Below, piece after piece: positions 9,388 through 16,674 of a stretch of 64,000 nt of DNA. The notes beneath the pieces are model-generated. The model was given only the letters and a program-made list of their open reading frames with translations. It made no database searches and was not told where the DNA came from. This stretch comes from an uncultured bacterium (GTDB lineage: Bacteria > Zixibacteria > MSB-5A5 > GN15 > FEB-12): positions 1 through 64,000 of the forward strand of contig CBDVDR010000012.1 of the NCBI GenBank assembly GCA_965372795.1, given 5' to 3'. Each line of letters opens with the position of its first letter. Within the stretch, counting starts at the first letter, position 1. The position numbers and the translations under genes were made by a program.

Positions 9388-11088
9388 TTAAGAACTTGTA
9401 GTGGTGGAAAAAACTTCATCAATACTTACAATACCATTTTTCATCTTCTCAACAGCACTCATCCGAAGACTGAACATACCTTCCTCGATTGCTTTTGCCA
9501 TAATTTCAAGATCAGAAGCTTTTCTTAAAATTAAAGACTCAATGGCAACGGTTATCGGCATGACTTCAAAAATACCGATACGCCCGGATTTTCCGGTATT
9601 ATTACATTGTGAGCAACCTTTACCCTGGAAAGCTCGTAAATTTTTCAATAATTCATCAGGGACATCCAAACCTTCAACTTGCTCTTTTGTCAAATTGATT
9701 TCCTCTTTACAGTGTTGACAAATTTTCTTCATCATACGCTGGGCAAGGATTAGTTTGGTTGATGAGGCAACCAGGTAATTTGGTATATTCATATCAATTA
9801 AACGGTTGATTGATGACGGAGCATCGTTGGTATGCAGCGTAGAAAAAACAAGGTGACCGGTTAAAGCTGCTCGAATCGCAATTTCGGCGGTTTCACCATC
9901 ACGAATTTCTCCAACCATGATAATATCAGGATCCTGACGTAAGAAGGATCTTAATGCCGATGCAAATGTTAATCCAATATCAGATTTAACCGCTACCTGA
10001 TTGATCCCCTCGAAGTTAAACTCGACCGGATCCTCAGCAGTCATAATATTCACATCGACCTGGTTTAAAGTTTTAAGACCTGAATACAATGTGGTAGTCT
10101 TACCTGATCCCGTAGGACCAGTTACCAGAATAATACCGTAAGGCAATTTAATTTTTTCTTCGAATTTCTCCAAATCCTGTTCACGGAATCCTAAAAGCTT
10201 TAGATCAACCTGCAAAGCTAATGGATCCAAAATACGCATAACGACTTTTTCACCAAAAATGGTAGGCAAAACCGACACACGAAGATCAACTGTTCTACCG
10301 GAAATTTTAATTTTAATACGTCCATCCTGAGGAAGCCGTCGTTCAGAAATATCCAGCTCAGCCATAATCTTTATTCGGGAAACGATTGCAGAGCGATACT
10401 TAAATGGCAGCGGAGCCATCTCCTCCAATTCACCATCAACACGATAACGAACTCTGATTTTCTTTTCATAAGTCTCAATATGAATATCAGAAGCGCCCCC
10501 GCGGATCGCATCTCCGATAATTGAATCAACAAGTTTAACCAGCGGCTTATCCTGAATTGCAGAGAGTAAATCCGATTCGCTCGGACCTTCATCTTCTTGT
10601 GAGACAACCTCTAAATCTGGATCATCTTCAAGACCTCTGACAATTTCAGACAAACCGGAGCTGTCCCTATAATACGTTTCAATTGCTTTATCAATAGAAG
10701 CTTCGGGAGAAATTACCGGTTGTATGGTTAAACCGGTAATAAATTTCAAGGCGTCGAGAACATAAATATTATTAGGATCACTTAAGGCAACCAACAATGT
10801 TTTATTTAATTTGGAGACTGCAATAACTTTGAATTTGCGGGCAATATCTAAAGGAATTAATTTGATAACTTCAGGATTAAGTTCAACATCGCCTAATCTT
10901 AAGGCTCCGATTTTCAAATGTTGACCGATAAATTTGGCAATGTCATCCTCGGACTCGATGGCACCTATCTGCACAAGTACCGTTTCGAGTTTTTCATTTT
11001 TATCTTTGGTAACTGCGAGAGCTTTCTCAAGCTGTTCTTGAGTAATTTTTCCCGCTTTTACCAGTACACTTCCGAGTTCGGCTGACAT
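9388..11088 (-). CDS. pilB: Type IV pilus extension ATPase PilB
   Basis: GSPII_N region, ASDIHIE, RLPQDGR, GPTGSGKTT, LRQDPD and zinc motif CQHC...CSQC. Confidence 0.95.
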   Translation of the reverse strand: MSAELGSVLVKAGKITQEQLEKALAVTKDKNEKLETVLVQIGAIESEDDIAKFIGQHLKIGALRLGDVELNPEVIKLIPLDIARKFKVIAVSKLNKTLLVALSDPNNIYVLDALKFITGLTIQPVISPEASIDKAIETYYRDSSGLSEIVRGLEDDPDLEVVSQEDEGPSESDLLSAIQDKPLVKLVDSIIGDAIRGGASDIHIETYEKKIRVRYRVDGELEEMAPLPFKYRSAIVSRIKIMAELDISERRLPQDGRIKIKISGRTVDLRVSVLPTIFGEKVVMRILDPLALQVDLKLLGFREQDLEKFEEKIKLPYGIILVTGPTGSGKTTTLYSGLKTLNQVDVNIMTAEDPVEFNFEGINQVAVKSDIGLTFASALRSFLRQDPDIIMVGEIRDGETAEIAIRAALTGHLVFSTLHTNDAPSSINRLIDMNIPNYLVASSTKLILAQRMMKKICQHCKEEINLTKEQVEGLDVPDELLKNLRAFQGKGCSQCNNTGKSGRIGIFEVMPITVAIESLILRKASDLEIMAKAIEEGMFSLRMSAVEKMKNGIVSIDEVFSTTTSS

Positions 11089-11140
11089 TATTTACTATCC
11101 AAATTTATAAAATTCAAAAATATTTTATGGAACAGGGCTA

Positions 11141-11632
11141 TTAATCCTGAAATATATCATCCATTTTGTCTGATGCCATATCAGCAAATTCATTGCTAAT
11201 AGCCGGCTTATCATTTGACATCGCCTTCTTCTCTACCTGTTGAAAAACCTTGTTCAACTCCTGAGATGTTTCCTTGGCATAAAGACGAACCATCCCGATT
11301 GTAGTTCTGTCATCAAAAATTACAACTAAGATTGACCTGCCACCAACAATTGACATGTGGATATGGTCTTTCTTACCCTGATGAAACAGAACTGAAAACT
11401 CTTCCTCACCTACCAAACGTGCTATCTCATGAGTCGATGCAAATGAGCCGGCAAGTAAAGCTGCTAAAGCAGTGGTATCAAGTGAATGTGTAAATCCCTG
11501 GCGGGTTATTAAATGACCATCCTTATCAACCAGCAAAGCACACTTAGCCTCACACCCCTTGATCATCTTAGAGATGAATGCTTCAATTTGAGCAATCTCT
11601 TCTTCGTATATAATCAAACTATCGTTTGACAT
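11141..11632 (-). CDS. mglB: MglB roadblock/LC7 GTPase-activating protein
   Basis: LVDKDG.LI...ALAALLAGSFAS...FSVLFHQG..DHIH...VIFD.RTTIGMVRL, as in Myxococcus MglB; acidic C-terminal helix; GAGGAGG RBS. Confidence 0.9.
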   Translation of the reverse strand: MSNDSLIIYEEEIAQIEAFISKMIKGCEAKCALLVDKDGHLITRQGFTHSLDTTALAALLAGSFASTHEIARLVGEEEFSVLFHQGKKDHIHMSIVGGRSILVVIFDDRTTIGMVRLYAKETSQELNKVFQQVEKKAMSNDKPAISNEFADMASDKMDDIFQD

Positions 11633-11651
11633 TAAAAAACCTCCTCAGCCG

Positions 11652-12659
11652 TTATTTTATTCCAAATAATCGTTTAAAAAATCCACGTTTCTTGGTCTCA
11701 CGCTTTCGTTTCAATGAAGGCGCCATGATAGGACGGTTTAATCCCCCACTATCATCTCCGGAAACTATATTATTATTAGTTACTGTTTTTTCTAAAGTTG
11801 CATCAGCAACCCCTTCTGTTTGTTGGGGTGCATAATTTGATGGAGAAATTTTCTTCTCCTGTGTCTCAGCTGCCGCACTTCCGGGATAAGGACGATACGT
11901 GACATCCGAAACCGGGGCGGGTCGAGGTGCTTCCGTCTGAGAAGCAACAACGGTATTAGATTGTGAAGCTGATGGCGATGTGGAATAATCGGTTTGAGCA
12001 GCCGGCTGATTTTCCGGTTGAGATTGGGTAGTGGGGATTTGAGCTGATGCTTCCAGAACCCGTGTTTGTTTTACATTTGTACTTTTAGCTTTATCCAAAA
12101 CAAGCTTGATAATCAATTTTAGAGTATCAAAAACTCCGTTGCCAATTGAAGCCGAAGCTTCAAAAATAGGCAGCCCTCTTGGATTAAGCCTGCGATTCAT
12201 TTCTTCAACTGACAAAATGCCCGGTAAATCGCGTTTATTATACTGAAGAACAATTGGCATATCGTTTATATCGTAGCCATATTCTTTCAGATTTTCTTCA
12301 AGATTCGATAGCGATTCAATATTTTCATCCATCTTGTCAGGCTGACTATCAGCTACAAAACAGACACCGTCAACACCTCGCAATACAAGCTTCCTGGTAG
12401 CGTTATAATATACCTGTCCGGGAACAGTATAAAGCTGAAATTTGGCCGCCAATCCATTGATATTGCCAATATTTATTGGCAGAAAATCAAAAAACAGAGT
12501 TCGATCTGCTTCGGTTGCCAAAGAGATAAGCTTCCCGCGAGTAGTCTGAGGAACTTTTGAATGGATATACTGAAGATTGGTGGTCTTCCCCGACAGACCA
12601 GGACCATAATAAACAATCTTACAGCAAACTTCTCTCGATGAATAATTTATTGATACCAT
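11652..12659 (-). CDS. mglA: MglA small Ras-like GTPase with a ~140-aa C-terminal extension
   Basis: INYSSRE..CKIVYYGPGLSGKTTN, DRTLFFDF, TVPGQ, NKRD and EASA motifs, followed by a Q/S/T/P/A-rich tail. Confidence 0.93.
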   Translation of the reverse strand: MVSINYSSREVCCKIVYYGPGLSGKTTNLQYIHSKVPQTTRGKLISLATEADRTLFFDFLPINIGNINGLAAKFQLYTVPGQVYYNATRKLVLRGVDGVCFVADSQPDKMDENIESLSNLEENLKEYGYDINDMPIVLQYNKRDLPGILSVEEMNRRLNPRGLPIFEASASIGNGVFDTLKLIIKLVLDKAKSTNVKQTRVLEASAQIPTTQSQPENQPAAQTDYSTSPSASQSNTVVASQTEAPRPAPVSDVTYRPYPGSAAAETQEKKISPSNYAPQQTEGVADATLEKTVTNNNIVSGDDSGGLNRPIMAPSLKRKRETKKRGFFKRLFGIK

Positions 12660-12682
12660 TCTTTACTCTCACCTTTAATTAA

Positions 12683-13024
12683 TTAACTGGATAATTTAAG
12701 ATTGTTTAATGCATTTTTAATTTCTAAACGAATCAATCCAACGTTTACATTCTGTTCCGTTGTCACAACCAAAATGCCGACTCCGGCATCTGAGAAAAAT
12801 AGTTTTGCATTCTCAGCTTCAATTGTAACCTGTTTCAACGGTGTTGCATCAAGCCTATCCAATGATTTCCGGATATTTGATGTGATGGACGCTGCTAAGG
12901 CGCCAACGGTTTCATCCTCAAATGATTCCTGAAGATCTGCGGCGATAACAATACCGTCTTTTCCTACAACCATCGAACCGGTAATCCCGGTTGTTTTGTT
13001 CAACTCATTTAATACATTATACAT
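12683..13024 (-). CDS. Standalone roadblock/LC7 protein
   Basis: GITGSMVVGKDGIVIA...VGALAA...NVGLIRLE. Probable start is ATG 13024 (RBS GGAG), overlapping the upstream stop. Confidence 0.88.
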   Translation of the reverse strand: MYNVLNELNKTTGITGSMVVGKDGIVIAADLQESFEDETVGALAASITSNIRKSLDRLDATPLKQVTIEAENAKLFFSDAGVGILVVTTEQNVNVGLIRLEIKNALNNLKLSS

Positions 13025-13991
13025 ATGACTTCTCCGATTGTATGACCAGATCATGATCATAGCGTTCGTTAATATACTTTTTAATTATTTCGACACCCTG
13101 TTTAACTCTAATATTTATGAGATCATCTGTCTTTTGCTCTGCAACAACCATCAAATAGAACGAATCTTCACGAACCAGAATAATTCTTTTTTGACCGCTG
13201 TAAAAATCAATATGTTTCGGGGTTGGAAGACCTGCTTTTTGCATTACCGATCCGTTAGACTCGAATAATACCAATGCCAGAGGAGCCCAATCTTCCGCTT
13301 CATAATCTTGAGTAACATAGTTTGAAAGAAGCAACCCTTCATTATCGACAACAGCTACTAATTCAACCGTGGCACTTTCACCAATATATTTCGTTGCTTT
13401 ATCAAATCCGTTTAATTCACCTGTAACTGTTTCTTTATTATCATATTTTTTAGCCGAAACAGAAGAAGATGCAGGAGCTTGTGTTACTATATTAATGGGC
13501 TGAGTCTGTTTCTTTTCTTTGGATAAAGCTATATTAGTCATCCCGGAATTTACATTTGAAGCATCTTGTTCAGCAGGAGGTGTTAATTTTCTTTTTTGTT
13601 CTGGAATGATTTCCATAATTAACGGTTTCAAAACAAATGGTGCTGATAAAATGTGCAGGAAAATCCCGGGGATATAACTTGTTATTCCCATGGTAAGTGA
13701 TATTCCGAAATTCATTTTATACATTAATGTAATCAAGGCACCAAAGAAAACTCCAAGACTTATCCTGTATATAAAGCATAGTCCGACAACTTGAAAGAGT
13801 TTCACCAATGTAGCTTTTCGATTAAAGAAAAATACTACAAGACCATAAAAGACCAGCTCTATTAAAGCATTCGCCAGAGATGCTGTTCCCAGCGAGGTTC
13901 CAAATCGTTCTGGAAAAGCAACCATTGGGACAATCATCAACAATAATGATAAAAGCAATATCTGACGGCCATTTCGACCTGATAATTTCAT
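13017..13991 (-). CDS. Membrane-anchored roadblock/LC7 protein
   Basis: About 4 hydrophobic N-terminal segments, a low-complexity linker, then a C-terminal roadblock (VAVVDNEGLLLS...AEDWAPLA). Confidence 0.75.
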   Translation of the reverse strand: MKLSGRNGRQILLLSLLLMIVPMVAFPERFGTSLGTASLANALIELVFYGLVVFFFNRKATLVKLFQVVGLCFIYRISLGVFFGALITLMYKMNFGISLTMGITSYIPGIFLHILSAPFVLKPLIMEIIPEQKRKLTPPAEQDASNVNSGMTNIALSKEKKQTQPINIVTQAPASSSVSAKKYDNKETVTGELNGFDKATKYIGESATVELVAVVDNEGLLLSNYVTQDYEAEDWAPLALVLFESNGSVMQKAGLPTPKHIDFYSGQKRIILVREDSFYLMVVAEQKTDDLINIRVKQGVEIIKKYINERYDHDLVIQSEKSYV

Positions 13992-14002
13992 TTTTGTACC
14001 CT

Positions 14003-14860
14003 CTATTTATTTCCAAATAGGTTTTCAATTTTCATTCTAAGCGATCCAAGATTAGTCCCTGATTGAGCGATAAACAAATAAATCCCGGGATCAGTTACAA
14101 CCTGATAAAAATTCAAGTTCTCAGTTTCAATCAGGATAGTTGAAATATTTCCAAAAGAGTTCTGAATCATTTCAGCATTAAGATTTTTGGAAATCTCAAC
14201 CATATTTGCTCCGCATACTTCTGAATCCATCTGGAGGACCCATTCCTTTTCTACAATCAGACCTTCATTATTTAAAAACAAAGCTCCATCGATACCTTTA
14301 AAAGTTATAGCATCTTTTAAAATATCCAACGGTTCCTTAATTACTGGCTCTGATTTTCTCTTTTCTACTTGTAAAACAGCAGGCTCTTTAACAACTGGTT
14401 TCATTTTTTCTTGCGAAGCCGCATGAATAAGGGTCTGCTCTATCGGTATTTTCTCGGCTATATCCAATAATTTTTTAACCTGATCATTAGTCGGATCACT
14501 CTGGTGAAGCTTCCTTAAAAGCCTGATCGCCTTGGAGAATTCCCCTTTATATATATGAATTTCAGCCATCAATAATTCTACGGCTCTGGTCTTACCGTCA
14601 ATTTCAGCCGATTTCTGAACCTCTATCTCTGCCCAGTCATAAAGTCCCCGATCAAGATTTATTTTCGCCATGACTAAATGAGCAGAACCGTATTTTAGAT
14701 GAACTTTCAATCCATTACGGCATACTTTAAACGCTCTATCCAATTCCCCTTTTTTTCTGTATGCTTCTGCTAAAGCTGCAAAAATCTGAGAATTCGGATC
14801 AGCGTCTAATATTTTCTGACACTTATTGATTCTGTCGTCTATTTCCAAAGTACTAATCAT
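14003..14860 (-). CDS. TPR-roadblock fusion protein
   Basis: DPNSQIFAALAEAYRKKG plus further TPR-like repeats; C-terminal GIDGALFLNNEGLIV...NLGSLRM roadblock. Confidence 0.8.
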   Translation of the reverse strand: MISTLEIDDRINKCQKILDADPNSQIFAALAEAYRKKGELDRAFKVCRNGLKVHLKYGSAHLVMAKINLDRGLYDWAEIEVQKSAEIDGKTRAVELLMAEIHIYKGEFSKAIRLLRKLHQSDPTNDQVKKLLDIAEKIPIEQTLIHAASQEKMKPVVKEPAVLQVEKRKSEPVIKEPLDILKDAITFKGIDGALFLNNEGLIVEKEWVLQMDSEVCGANMVEISKNLNAEMIQNSFGNISTILIETENLNFYQVVTDPGIYLFIAQSGTNLGSLRMKIENLFGNK

Positions 14861-14925
14861 AATCTTCCCTACAAACTGTTGAGGGATACCCTATTAAACA
14901 ACCAAGTTATTTTGGTCTGAAGATA

Positions 14926-14954
14926 AATATATATCCCTCAAAAAGTTATGTCAA
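14926..14954 (-). promoter_or_regulatory. Internal sigma70-type promoter upstream of the TPR-roadblock gene
   Basis: Minus strand TTGACA-17 nt-TATATT. Confidence 0.55.
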
Positions 14955-14965
14955 CATCAAAGAAA

Positions 14966-15328
14966 CTAACTTAGTATTTTCTTTGTCTCAAAAATCCCAT
15001 ATAAAAACAGTCCTGCTGTTAGTACCATCATTGCCGGCACTACAAAGATTGGAAGACTAAGGACTTCAAAGGCTACACATAAATAGCCGATTTGGCTCAA
15101 AGCTAAGATCACAAAACCTAAAAGGAATAATTGCCAGCTTTTGCTCATACTGCCACCTCGAACAAGATCATAAACCCTGACGCAACCGAAGATACATCCG
15201 CAAGATAACAGCAAAATAAAGGCATTTAAAAATACCGGAGGGCTTGTAATAACTGCAAAATTAGCCGCTTGTGCGTTAACAGCGGTAACAATTGTCATTG
15301 CCATAAAAGTAATAATCATTCTTTTCAT
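14966..15328 (-). CDS. Small hypothetical membrane protein
   Basis: Signal-peptide-like N-terminus (AVNAQA) and 3 TM segments; starts 4 nt after the DUF4388 gene stop. Confidence 0.75.
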   Translation of the reverse strand: MKRMIITFMAMTIVTAVNAQAANFAVITSPPVFLNAFILLLSCGCIFGCVRVYDLVRGGSMSKSWQLFLLGFVILALSQIGYLCVAFEVLSLPIFVVPAMMVLTAGLFLYGIFETKKILS

Positions 15329-15332
15329 ATAA

Positions 15333-16535
15333 TTAACCTCTAATCATTTTCACGACTTTATCAGCCTTTTTAACGGTTCGATAGAAACTATCTTCAATAT
15401 TATATCGTTTAACAATTTCTCTGCGTATAGCCAATGGTTGAGCAATCTCTTTTTTTACACTAATGGCAACCTCTTTGAAGGTGCCTACCCCGGCAAGCTG
15501 AAAAATAAACTCAAGCTGTTCAGAGAGCATAATATCAAGATCAGCCATCAATTTACAGAATCTGATATTGGCGGGGATATTTTTTATCACCGGTAGAAAT
15601 TTTTCGAATTGCGGAGCCAGTTCTGATGATGGATCGACTCCGGAAAAGAAAACCATTATACCGTTTCGATACTGAGATGCAAACGAAGCAAATCGGCTGT
15701 TTTCTTCACCAAGCAGTTCATCGACAATAGATCTAATTCGGAAAAAACATCCGTTGTATAGATCAAAAATGATTCTTAATACAACTTCTTCTTCATCTTC
15801 CTGATCAGCCGATTGTTTTTCTTTTTTCCCGACTACTTCAATTAGCTTATTTAAAATTAAGCGATAAATACACCGATAAGTTACAAATTCACCCATAGGC
15901 GATTTTGAAATTAATTCCGGCATCGTATGCTCACCGTCAATTAAGGCTAAAATTTTAAACTCATCTAAAGTAAGTACTATTTCATCAGATTTTCGTTTAG
16001 GATTTTTGTTAACTGCAAACAAAACATTATCAGGAGGGAGGACCTTTTGAATTTCAATCCATTCATCTATACGGCGAGTTCCTTCCATGATAACACTCAT
16101 GGTATTAAGTTCAATCAGGAATGGTGCATTTTTTGGTTTTTCATTTTCATAAAATACAAAATCCCCTTGAGGCCATGAAAAAAGATTATAAACCGTCTCT
16201 TCAATCTGAAGCTTCAGACATTCGGCTATCTCAGACTTCTCGAAGATATTCATATCAACCAAGGTCGTACCAAGTTGTCGTCCGGTTTGTTTATGGAGAG
16301 TAATAGCCCGATCAAGATCAGTTTTAGAAATTTTCCCTCGCTTTAATAGCATATTCCCAAGCAAGTCTTCATTTGAGTTAACTGATGATGCATAAATAAT
16401 ATTTCCGTCTTTAAAAAAGACTTCTTTCTGTCTGCTGGATGTTTTCACTTCCAACAGTCCAATTTTCTTTCCTGTTGCTAACAACTGCAATATATCAGAG
16501 AAAGAAACTGTTTTAAGATTTCCTGAAAGACCCAT
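15333..16535 (-). CDS. DUF4388 (PATAN-like) domain protein
   Basis: LSGNL...SFSDILQLL...KK.G.L...F.DG.I.YA, LFSW..G.F.F and MEG.RR.DEW; internal MshEN-like helical repeat. Confidence 0.85.
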   Translation of the reverse strand: MGLSGNLKTVSFSDILQLLATGKKIGLLEVKTSSRQKEVFFKDGNIIYASSVNSNEDLLGNMLLKRGKISKTDLDRAITLHKQTGRQLGTTLVDMNIFEKSEIAECLKLQIEETVYNLFSWPQGDFVFYENEKPKNAPFLIELNTMSVIMEGTRRIDEWIEIQKVLPPDNVLFAVNKNPKRKSDEIVLTLDEFKILALIDGEHTMPELISKSPMGEFVTYRCIYRLILNKLIEVVGKKEKQSADQEDEEEVVLRIIFDLYNGCFFRIRSIVDELLGEENSRFASFASQYRNGIMVFFSGVDPSSELAPQFEKFLPVIKNIPANIRFCKLMADLDIMLSEQLEFIFQLAGVGTFKEVAISVKKEIAQPLAIRREIVKRYNIEDSFYRTVKKADKVVKMIRG

Positions 16536-16602
16536 CTTTGCTTATATCTCCATACAAAAATGTATATTTGACGCCTATTGGCGTTACTTTTCATTTATTT
16601 AT

Positions 16603-16630
16603 TTATCGGAATTTAACTGACTATTCTTTA
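16603..16630 (-). promoter_or_regulatory. Sigma28-like promoter upstream of the DUF4388/Mgl operon
   Basis: Minus strand TAAAGAATAGTCAGTTAAATTCCGATAA (TAAAG-16-CCGATAA). Confidence 0.55.
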
Positions 16631-16674
16631 TTAGAAAATGAGATTAAAGGCATTATTTGTTAATCGTTTAAGAA

